Below are positions 40,897 through 48,658 of a stretch of 64,000 bases of DNA, one piece after another. A program made the translations under genes and the position numbers. Origin of the DNA: a virus; IMG/VR virus record IMGVR_UViG_3300045988_126619, positions 95,469 through 159,468 of that record; one strand, given 5' to 3'. How positions within the stretch are numbered: position 1 is the stretch's first letter; the number at the start of each line of letters is the position of its first letter. A model generated the notes under the pieces. It made no database searches. It was not told where the DNA came from and saw nothing but the letters and a program-made list of their open reading frames with translations.

Positions 40897-43800
40897 TTGA
40901 AAAACAAAAGAAATTATGTTAATTATCATAGTCATAAGATGGAAGCTAATGTATTTATAGCAGATAGTCCAGTTTCTTATACAGATTATATAGAGAGAGC
41001 AAAAGAACTTGGTCAACGTGTTGTTACGAGTGTTGAACACGGATATCAAGGAAATTACTTTAAATTAAACGAAGAAATTCAAAAAGAAAATATTGAATTA
41101 AGAAAACGTAGAGATAAAGGAGAAGAAAATGTTCCACAAGATTTAAAATTTGTATTTGGGACAGAAGCATATTGGGTAAAAGATAGACACCCAAAAATTG
41201 TTATTGATGAAGAAACAGGAAAAGAGAAAAAGGTTAATGATGGTTCTAATTGTCATATGGTGTTATTAGCTAAAAATGATAATGGAAGAAAAGCTATTAA
41301 TTATGTTTTATCTTTGGCTAATGAAGATGGGATATTTAATAATAGACCTAGATTAGATTTTGATTTATTGTTTCAGCTTCCACCAAATGATGTGTTTGTG
41401 ACATCGGCTTGTATAGGATACTGGAATAAATATGATGATATTGCTGATATAACTTTAAAGTTTAAAGAATATTTTGGTGATAACTTTTATTTAGAAGTAC
41501 AAGCTAATGATACAGAGCCACAAAAACAATTAAATAAATTTATATTAGAATTTAGTAAGAAGCACAATATACCTATTATAGCAGGTACGGATTCTCATTA
41601 TATATATGAATATCAATCAGACCTAAGAGATACTGTTTTAAAATATAAAGGCATTAATTATCCCGATGAAGAAGGGTGGTACATGGATTACCCATCTTAT
41701 GATGAACTATTTGAAAGATTCCAAAAACAAGGAATATTATCAGATGAAGAAATTGAAATAGCCTTAAATAATACTAATATAATAGAAACTTTTGAAGATA
41801 TTGATTTAGATTTAAAAATAATCGAAAAAGTTGATGATAAAACAGGTAAAAAAGATTATGAATTATTTTCTCCAATCAAATTACCTACAATTTATAAAGA
41901 TAAGACACAAAAAGAAAAAGATTGGATTCTAGCAAATACTATTAAAGAGGAATGGGATAAGTTCAAGGTCGAAGAAAGTATTAAACCCGAAGAAGAGGAA
42001 CAATACTTAGAAGGTATCAAATATGAGTTAGGAGAGGTTTTAAAAACAGGAATGTCTGATTACTTCTTATTACACTATGTTGGTCTAAAAAGAGGAAAAG
42101 AAGTATATCATGGACATATAACCAAGAGGGGAAGAGGTTCGGGTGTTGGATATTTTATCAATACATTATTAGGATTCTCTAAAGTTGATAGATTTAAAGC
42201 ACCAGTTAAACTGTATCCCGAAAGATTTCTTACATCTGATAGAATACTTAAATCAAGAGCGTTACCAGATATAGATAATAATGTGTCCGAGCAAGAACCG
42301 TTTGTTTTAGCTTTTCAAGACTTATTAGGAAAATATGGTATATATCCAATGGTCGCTTTTGGTACATTAAAAGAATCTTCTGCAATTAAATTATATATGG
42401 GGGCAAATAATGAACCACCTAATATTCAAGATGAAGTGTCTAAACAACTTAAAAAATATGATGAAGCTTTAAAATATTGTGATGATGAAGAAGATAAAAA
42501 AGATATTCATATTGAAGATTATATTGAACCACAATATCTTCACTATGTAGAGGATTCAAAACCATATCAAGGAATAATTGTGTCAAAAACTCCTCACCCA
42601 TGTGGGCATTTATTACTAAATGGAGATATAAGAAAAGAAATAGGAACAATAGCTTGTATCAGCAAAACAACAGGCAAAAAAGTTATATGTGCTTGTATAG
42701 ATGGACAGACAGCCGACCATTATAAGTTTCTTAAAACAGACTTACTTATTGTTGATATAGTTGGTCTTACAGAAGAGATATGGGAAAGAATTGGAGAGAA
42801 ATCTATATCTAACACAGAACTTGAAAGAAGATTAGCTTGTGAAGAAGGAAATAAGGCTTGGGAAATGTATGAAAAAGGTTATACAATGTGTGTTAACCAA
42901 TGTGAAAAAGATGGAACAAGAAAGAAAGCTATGCGTTTTAAAATAAGAAACACAGCAGAATTAACTATGTTCGTAGCAGGAATAAGACCTGCATTTAAAT
43001 CATTGATAAATAATTTCCTAGATAGAAAACCTTATACAACAGGTGTTCCAGAACTTGATGAAGTATTAAAAGATTCTTACCATTATCTTCTATATCAAGA
43101 ATCAATAATGGCTTTTCTTAACTGGTTAGGAATTGATATGAAAGAAACATATGATATAGTTAAAAAGATAAGTAAGAAAATATTCTTAAAACATCCAGAA
43201 CAAATGGTTGAGTTGAAAAATAAAACTAGACCAAATTGGATAAAGAATACTGGAAGTGAAGAATTGTTTGATGAAACATTCCAAGCGGTAGAAGATGCTG
43301 GCTCGTATGCCTTTAACTCTGCTCATGCCTATTGCGTAGGTAATGATGGTGCTGAAATAGCTTATCTTAAAGCCTATTATCCATATGAAACATATGAAGT
43401 ATGTTTGAATAGGTATACAAAAAAAGATAATAAAGATAAAGTTGCTTTACTAAAAAAAGAAATGAAAGAAGCTTTTAACATAGATGTTGGTAAATTAATG
43501 TGGGGATTAGATAATAGACAATATACATTAGATAAAGAAAATCATTGTATTAACCCATGTTTATCATCTATAAAAGGTATTAGAAAAACTTTAGCAGAAG
43601 AATTATATGATTTATCTCAAAAGAAAAATTATGATAATTTTATTGATGTATTAATTGATATTTTTCAATTTACTAATGCCGATGGAACTATGGTAGAAAA
43701 CTTAATTAAACTAAATTATTTTGAGCCATTTGGGAAATCTAAGACTTTATTAAGAATGTATCAAGTATATCAACAATTCTATAAAAAAGAAAAATGTATT

Positions 43801-44307
43801 GTACAAGCTAGAAAAGTCTTTGACAAAGAAAAAATGTCAGAACCATTAAAAGAAATATTTAGAAGAACTAGTTGTAGAGAAACTGAAAAACAATTCAGAA
43901 ATTTAGATGTTCCAAAGATAGTTAATGAAATAATTGGTACTTACCCAGATGAAGAATTGCCTATAACTGTTGTTGCAGAACGTCAGAATGAGTTACTAGG
44001 CTATATTGATGTTAAAGATGAAACTTATGATTCTAGCATAGCAATAGTAACACAAGTTAAAATAAATAGATATGGTACACCGTTCTTTGACCTATATCAA
44101 ATAAAAACTGGTAATAAGATAGAAGGGTTAAAAGTAGATAAAGATTTCTTCTTAAATTTCCCTATCCAAGATGAAGTATTTACAACAATATATATAGGTA
44201 ATATTGATATTAAACCAAAGAAAAGAAAAAATAAAGAAACAAATAAATGGGAAGATACAGGTGAAATGCAACAAATCCTAAAATCCTATGAACCCATTTT
44301 TCTATAA
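40897..44307 (+). CDS. dnaE: DNA polymerase III alpha-subunit-type replicase (PHP domain + Pol IIIa core)
   Basis: Starts at TTG 40897, 6 nt after AAGGAGGAGAGG. The PHP motif is VNYHSHKME. GRGSGVGYFINTLLGFSKVD matches the Pol III alpha palm/fingers signature. About 1136 aa. Confidence 0.8.
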   Translation: MKNKRNYVNYHSHKMEANVFIADSPVSYTDYIERAKELGQRVVTSVEHGYQGNYFKLNEEIQKENIELRKRRDKGEENVPQDLKFVFGTEAYWVKDRHPKIVIDEETGKEKKVNDGSNCHMVLLAKNDNGRKAINYVLSLANEDGIFNNRPRLDFDLLFQLPPNDVFVTSACIGYWNKYDDIADITLKFKEYFGDNFYLEVQANDTEPQKQLNKFILEFSKKHNIPIIAGTDSHYIYEYQSDLRDTVLKYKGINYPDEEGWYMDYPSYDELFERFQKQGILSDEEIEIALNNTNIIETFEDIDLDLKIIEKVDDKTGKKDYELFSPIKLPTIYKDKTQKEKDWILANTIKEEWDKFKVEESIKPEEEEQYLEGIKYELGEVLKTGMSDYFLLHYVGLKRGKEVYHGHITKRGRGSGVGYFINTLLGFSKVDRFKAPVKLYPERFLTSDRILKSRALPDIDNNVSEQEPFVLAFQDLLGKYGIYPMVAFGTLKESSAIKLYMGANNEPPNIQDEVSKQLKKYDEALKYCDDEEDKKDIHIEDYIEPQYLHYVEDSKPYQGIIVSKTPHPCGHLLLNGDIRKEIGTIACISKTTGKKVICACIDGQTADHYKFLKTDLLIVDIVGLTEEIWERIGEKSISNTELERRLACEEGNKAWEMYEKGYTMCVNQCEKDGTRKKAMRFKIRNTAELTMFVAGIRPAFKSLINNFLDRKPYTTGVPELDEVLKDSYHYLLYQESIMAFLNWLGIDMKETYDIVKKISKKIFLKHPEQMVELKNKTRPNWIKNTGSEELFDETFQAVEDAGSYAFNSAHAYCVGNDGAEIAYLKAYYPYETYEVCLNRYTKKDNKDKVALLKKEMKEAFNIDVGKLMWGLDNRQYTLDKENHCINPCLSSIKGIRKTLAEELYDLSQKKNYDNFIDVLIDIFQFTNADGTMVENLIKLNYFEPFGKSKTLLRMYQVYQQFYKKEKCIVQARKVFDKEKMSEPLKEIFRRTSCRETEKQFRNLDVPKIVNEIIGTYPDEELPITVVAERQNELLGYIDVKDETYDSSIAIVTQVKINRYGTPFFDLYQIKTGNKIEGLKVDKDFFLNFPIQDEVFTTIYIGNIDIKPKKRKNKETNKWEDTGEMQQILKSYEPIFL

Positions 44308-44311
44308 ATTA

Positions 44312-44326
44312 CACAAAATAAACAAT
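44312..44326 (+). promoter_or_regulatory. conserved element, stand-alone copy (no -35)
   Basis: CACAAAATAAACAAT followed by AAGGAGTG. Confidence 0.5.
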
Positions 44327-44341
44327 AAGGAGTGATTTTAT

Positions 44342-44665
44342 ATGAGGTTTTTTGAATTTAAACAAGAATATGAATATTATGCTTTAATAGCAGTTCCAAG
44401 TGTAGATGGGAATTTTGATTCCCTTTCTACAGCTATTGAAACTTATGCAGAAAATATAGAAGGAAGTATGGAAGATTATAATGAATATTATTTAGGTTGT
44501 CTTCCATCAGAATTAACTATAGATGAAGCATTTGAAAAATATAGAGGGGTTGGATTTGGCGATATACCAAAGGATGAAATATCTAAAAGATTCTATACAA
44601 TGTTAGATAAAATTGAAAATAATGGAGTGCCTGCAATTATACTTATAGATTCAGATTTAATTTAG
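44342..44665 (+). CDS. hypothetical protein
   Basis: 107 aa with an AAGGAGTG SD. Confidence 0.4.
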   Translation: MRFFEFKQEYEYYALIAVPSVDGNFDSLSTAIETYAENIEGSMEDYNEYYLGCLPSELTIDEAFEKYRGVGFGDIPKDEISKRFYTMLDKIENNGVPAIILIDSDLI

Positions 44666-44682
44666 AAAGGATGTAATAAACA

Positions 44683-45172
44683 ATGAAAGATACTCAAATT
44701 AAAAAACTATTAGAAAGTATGGTGATAGTAATAGACAGCCGAGAAAAGAATAATAAACACATAACAGACGTTTTTGACCGAGTACGGTGTTAAATATGAA
44801 GTAAAGAAGGTGAATAGTGGCGACTATACTGCTTATATCCCAAATACAGATTATGAAGCTTCTGTTGTAATAGAAAGAAAAAACTCACTAGATGAAATAA
44901 GTCAGAATTTAACTAAAAATAAAGCTAGGTTTGAAAGAGAATTTGCTAGAGAAGATAAACATATCACTATTGCAATAGAAAATAATACTTATTTAGACCT
45001 TATAAGCGGGAATTATAGAGCAGATGTTAAGCCAAATTCATTTATCGCTTTACTTCACAGTATTACAGATAAATATGGTGTTAACTTTATATTTATTCCA
45101 AAAGAAGCTATGGCTGTATTTATTTATAAGACACTTTACTATAACCTACGAAATATATTAAAGGAGGAATGA
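44683..45172 (+). pseudogene. ERCC4/Mus81-type (XPF-like) nuclease gene interrupted by a 1-nt frameshift
   Basis: ATG 44683 gives MKDTQIKKLLESMVIVIDSREKNNKHITDV.., then stops at 44791. The +1 frame continues ..TEYGVKYEVKKVNSGDY...VVIERK (ERCC4 motifs DxRE, GDY, ERK). The frames join if the T5 run at 44771-44775 is read as T4. Confidence 0.65.
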
Positions 45173-45179
45173 TATAAAT

Positions 45180-45569
45180 ATGCAAGTAAATATAATGATT
45201 TGTGGGAGCAGAAACTTTAACAACTTTCCACTTTTAGAAAAACTAGTTTTAGAAGATATGCAAGACTTTTTATCTAAAAATCCTCAAATGGGACATTTTA
45301 ATAAAAAGGAAACTACAATAATTAGTGGAAAAGCAAGAGGAGCAGATGCTTTAGGAGAATTATTTGCTAGAAAATATGGATTAAAAGTAGAAGAATATCC
45401 TGCCAAATGGAATCTATATGGTAAAATAGCAGGGTTTATCAGAAATGAAATAATGGTCAATAAGAGTGATATAGTAATAATATTTCATGACGGTAAAAGT
45501 AAAGGGACTGCACACGATTTACAGCTTTGTAAAGATAAAAATAAAATATATTATTATCACTTAATATAA
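45180..45569 (+). CDS. SLOG-fold protein (DUF2493/YspA-like)
   Basis: 129 aa. ICGSRNF...ISGKARGADALGE...IIFHDGKSKGT matches the DUF2493 SLOG pattern (GGxxGAD-like). Confidence 0.55.
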   Translation: MQVNIMICGSRNFNNFPLLEKLVLEDMQDFLSKNPQMGHFNKKETTIISGKARGADALGELFARKYGLKVEEYPAKWNLYGKIAGFIRNEIMVNKSDIVIIFHDGKSKGTAHDLQLCKDKNKIYYYHLI

Positions 45570-45588
45570 AAAATATTTAAAATAATAG

Positions 45589-45617
45589 TTGACATAAAAT
45601 AAACAATAGTGTATAAT
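45589..45617 (+). promoter_or_regulatory. sigma-A-type promoter with the conserved element as spacer
   Basis: TTGACA at 45589-45594, spacer TAAAATAAACAATAGTG, TATAAT at 45612-45617. Confidence 0.7.
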
Positions 45618-45671
45618 ATATCTTGTAAGGAGGTTGTTATACACTATTTAATTATTGGAGGAATGATAATT

Positions 45672-45917
45672 ATGAAACAACAAAAGATATTAATGGATAA
45701 GAAATCACAAGAAATATTTGAGAAAGGAGATATTACAAAAGAAACAAAATTATTAATGAAATATGGTGAATTAATTTCATCAGATGTTGTCAAAGTTATA
45801 GCACAAGTGGAAGATGTTAATTCAGAACATGCAAGTTATATTGATGTCTACAGATTAAGTGATGATAATAGTGAACTAACTTTTATATGTAGGAGAACAG
45901 AAAATTATTACACATAA
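45672..45917 (+). CDS. hypothetical protein
   Basis: 81 aa from ATG 45672 (GGAGG at 45657-45661). The track start at 45609 lies inside the promoter -10 region. Confidence 0.4.
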   Translation: MKQQKILMDKKSQEIFEKGDITKETKLLMKYGELISSDVVKVIAQVEDVNSEHASYIDVYRLSDDNSELTFICRRTENYYT

Positions 45918-45925
45918 TAAATGAT
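45911..45925 (+). promoter_or_regulatory. conserved element, degenerate copy
   Basis: CACATAATAAATGAT (one A missing), upstream of the sigma-factor SD. Confidence 0.35.
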
Positions 45926-45942
45926 TGAAAAGAGGTATAAAA

Positions 45943-46731
45943 ATGAGAAAGGAATTATATTTTGAAAGAGATACACCCATACAACTAACATTAGAGGAAT
46001 GTTTAATTAAATGCAAGAGTTTAACAACAGGCAGATTAATACAAAATTGGTCTAAAGTTTATGAAAGAGATGATTTAATTCAAATGGCAAATATAGGCGT
46101 TATAAAGGCTTATAATTCTTATGATGTAAAACATAAGTCACCATTTATTCAATATGCAGAATATTGTATAAAAAGAGAAATAAACAATGAATATACAAAA
46201 GATAATAGAGATAAGCGTAAGGCAAATATGGAAGCTTGTAGCCTAAACATTTTTTCAGAAGATGATACAGAAGAATGGATTAATAAGTTGGAAGACAGAG
46301 ATACAAACATTGAACAAGAAGTAATAAATAATATAGAAAATTCGAAGCTTAAAAAGGCTATATCCACACTTAAACCATCTTACCAAAAAACGTTACAAAA
46401 ATACTATTTTCAAGGAAAAACTCTTGAACAGGTGGCTAAAGAAGAAGGAGTTTGCCGACAAACAATTGTAAATAGATTAATATTGATTAAACGTGACTTA
46501 AAAGAAAATATAACTGGTATTAAAAAGCCTGCTAAGAAACCTATAAACATAGCTAGAACACTAAATAAAAATTTTAAATATGTAGGGATTAATAAAGAAG
46601 GAAAGGAATATTTCTTTAACAGTATGAAAGACTTTGCAAAAGAACATTCTTTAAGTGAAGCTTGTATGTGGAAAGTTGTTTCAAAAAAAACAAAAACACA
46701 TAAAGGATGGCAATTCGCTAGAATGATATAA
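45943..46731 (+). CDS. sigma-70-family sigma factor with extra C-terminal NUMOD1-like HTH
   Basis: Starts at ATG 45943. Region 2 is DDLIQMANIGVIKAYNSYD..FIQYAEYCIKREI. Region 4 is GKTLEQVAKEEGVCRQTIVNRL. The C-terminal ~60 aa (GKEYFFNSMKDFAKEHSLSEACMWKVVSKKTKTHKGWQF) resemble homing-endonuclease NUMOD1/IENR1 DNA-binding modules. Confidence 0.7.
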   Translation: MRKELYFERDTPIQLTLEECLIKCKSLTTGRLIQNWSKVYERDDLIQMANIGVIKAYNSYDVKHKSPFIQYAEYCIKREINNEYTKDNRDKRKANMEACSLNIFSEDDTEEWINKLEDRDTNIEQEVINNIENSKLKKAISTLKPSYQKTLQKYYFQGKTLEQVAKEEGVCRQTIVNRLILIKRDLKENITGIKKPAKKPINIARTLNKNFKYVGINKEGKEYFFNSMKDFAKEHSLSEACMWKVVSKKTKTHKGWQFARMI

Positions 46732-46743
46732 GGAGAGAGTTAC

Positions 46744-47056
46744 ATGGATGAAAAAGAGTTAATAGAAGCTATAGAAGGACATTTATCAAATAATTATGCT
46801 TGTTATGATACAGAAGAAGAAGTGTTATGTATTGTTAATGAATTAATTCAGACACTAACCAATGAACAGGCTAGAATAACGTTTATTAATAATCTAAAGG
46901 TTGCCAAAGAGGAATATGCAACTGATAAAAACAAATGTCCTAATTGTCGGTAAAGATTTAGTTCAACTTGAACAAACAGATGGATTTGAACATGAATTTG
47001 GAACAGAAATTTATAATTTATGGGGTTGCAAAAATTGCAATTATGTGATAGAATAA
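46744..47056 (+). pseudogene. small zinc-ribbon protein apparently split by a 1-nt frameshift
   Basis: Frame 1 ends ..DKNKCPNCR* at 46953. The +1 frame reads GKDLVQLEQTDGFEHEFGTEIYNLWGCKNCNYVIE* to 47056. CPNC plus CKNC would form one Cys4 ribbon. Alternatively there are two overlapping small ORFs, the second starting at ATG 46916. Confidence 0.35.
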
Positions 47057-47066
47057 AATAAACAAT
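47052..47066 (+). promoter_or_regulatory. conserved element, variant copy
   Basis: AATAAAATAAACAAT, upstream of AAAAGAGAGG. Confidence 0.4.
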
Positions 47067-47088
47067 AACAAAAAAGAGAGGTATTAAC

Positions 47089-47655
47089 ATGAAAGAATTT
47101 AATTGGGAAGATTTTAAAAACAAAAAGATAGCAGTTATATGTAAAACATCAAAAGAAGCATTTGAATTTATAAAATGTTGTTATGATAGAGATATGACAT
47201 GGGCAAACAAAAAAATTCACACAAATTTTGAACATATTGATGGTGAAGTAGGATATACGTGCGAAAATAAAAAATTAGGATATTCACGTTTAGAGTTTTA
47301 TTTAGATAATGATTATGATATTGTATACTGGTCAGATTACAATAAATCACCAAAAGATATGTTAAAAGACGGAATGGTTGTTGAAATAATGAATGGGACT
47401 AAATATTTATGTTTACAAGGATATTTTACAAGAGATGAAGGATATATGCTTATAAATGATTATGATGAAGATTTAAACTATTATTTGCATGAAAATTATA
47501 CTATTATGAAAATATTCAAACCAACAGGTCATTCTTTACGAAGTAAATTTAGGGATGATTATTTAGAATTAATATGGGAAAGAGAACCTGCTAAAGAAAT
47601 GACTAAAGCAGAAATTGAGAAAGAACTTGGTTATAAAATTAAAATAATAGATTAA
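47089..47655 (+). CDS. hypothetical protein
   Basis: 188 aa with an AGAGAGG SD. Confidence 0.45.
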   Translation: MKEFNWEDFKNKKIAVICKTSKEAFEFIKCCYDRDMTWANKKIHTNFEHIDGEVGYTCENKKLGYSRLEFYLDNDYDIVYWSDYNKSPKDMLKDGMVVEIMNGTKYLCLQGYFTRDEGYMLINDYDEDLNYYLHENYTIMKIFKPTGHSLRSKFRDDYLELIWEREPAKEMTKAEIEKELGYKIKIID

Positions 47656-47670
47656 CATAAAATAAATGAT
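47656..47670 (+). promoter_or_regulatory. conserved element, stand-alone copy (no -35)
   Basis: CATAAAATAAATGAT directly followed by TAGGAG and the 3D-domain gene. Confidence 0.5.
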
Positions 47671-47685
47671 TAGGAGTTGATTACA

Positions 47686-48276
47686 ATGCTAAACAGGATT
47701 GTGAAAGGGATTTTAATAGCAAGTCTATTAATATTCCCCCAAACAAACACCGTTAATGGCTTTGCGATAGAATATGATAAAGATTTAAAAGAAAAAGATA
47801 TTAAAGCTATAAACGACTTAAAGATTCATGAAGATAAACCTTTTGGCTTACATAAAGGATATAATAATTTACAAGCTAAAATAGAAGAACATAAGAAGAT
47901 TCAAGAAGCAGTACAAAGAAGACTGGAAGAAATTAAAAGACGTGAAGAAGAACAGAAACGTTTAGAAGAGGAACAAAAGAATAAATATGATATAGACCTA
48001 GTTCTTACGTACTATTCTCGTCACCCATCAGAGAATGGTGGTTATAATTGTACTGCATCGGGTTCTCCACTAAGAGAAGGTATTGTAGCAAATAATTTTT
48101 ATCCACTTGGTACAAAAATAGAATTAGAAGATGGAAGAATCTTAGAAGTTGCTGATAGAGGTGGTGCAAGTCATTTTAATAACTGGCACAGATTAGATGT
48201 ATTTGTAGATACTTATGACCAAGATTATGTTAGAAGTTTAGGTGTTACAAAAATAAAAGGTAGAATATTAAAATAA
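47686..48276 (+). CDS. secreted 3D-domain (RlpA/MltA-like DPBB) cell-wall protein
   Basis: Starts at ATG 47686. It has a signal-peptide-like N-terminus and a charged coiled segment. The C-terminal GSPLREGIVANNFYPLGTKIELEDGRILEVADRGG....RLDVFVD matches the 3D domain. Confidence 0.6.
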   Translation: MLNRIVKGILIASLLIFPQTNTVNGFAIEYDKDLKEKDIKAINDLKIHEDKPFGLHKGYNNLQAKIEEHKKIQEAVQRRLEEIKRREEEQKRLEEEQKNKYDIDLVLTYYSRHPSENGGYNCTASGSPLREGIVANNFYPLGTKIELEDGRILEVADRGGASHFNNWHRLDVFVDTYDQDYVRSLGVTKIKGRILK

Positions 48277-48408
48277 TAGGAACGATAATATGAAATTAAA
48301 GAATATTAATTCTAGCAGATTTTTAAATTTCAACTCTAAAATATTCTAACAAGTAAGAGTTAAAAATATAGTTAAAATTTATATTTTGATTAGAATGGAG
48401 GTTGTCAT

Positions 48409-48585
48409 ATGTCTATCCTAAAAATAGTTAATATTGTTATAAATATTATTGCTATGATTATATGGGCAAGAAACTATTTTTTAATAGAATATTTAGAAGA
48501 AAAAGAATTTAATCGTGCCTTAAAATTATCAATAATATCAATTGAAATATTATTAGTATTTGTTATGATATCAGTCATAATATAA
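48409..48585 (+). CDS. small membrane protein (below track cutoff)
   Basis: 58-aa ORF with GGAGG 8 nt upstream and two hydrophobic helices. Confidence 0.35.
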   Translation: MSILKIVNIVINIIAMIIWARNYFLIEYLEEKEFNRALKLSIISIEILLVFVMISVII

Positions 48586-48595
48586 AAAAAATATC

Positions 48596-48624
48596 TTGAC
48601 AAAGCATAAAATAAATGATATAAT
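48596..48624 (+). promoter_or_regulatory. sigma-A-type promoter, element shifted +3
   Basis: TTGACA at 48596-48601, spacer AAGCATAAAATAAATGA, TATAAT at 48619-48624. It lies upstream of nrdD. Confidence 0.65.
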
Positions 48625-48658
48625 GAATATATAATAAAGGAGGTAATAAGAAAAAAAT

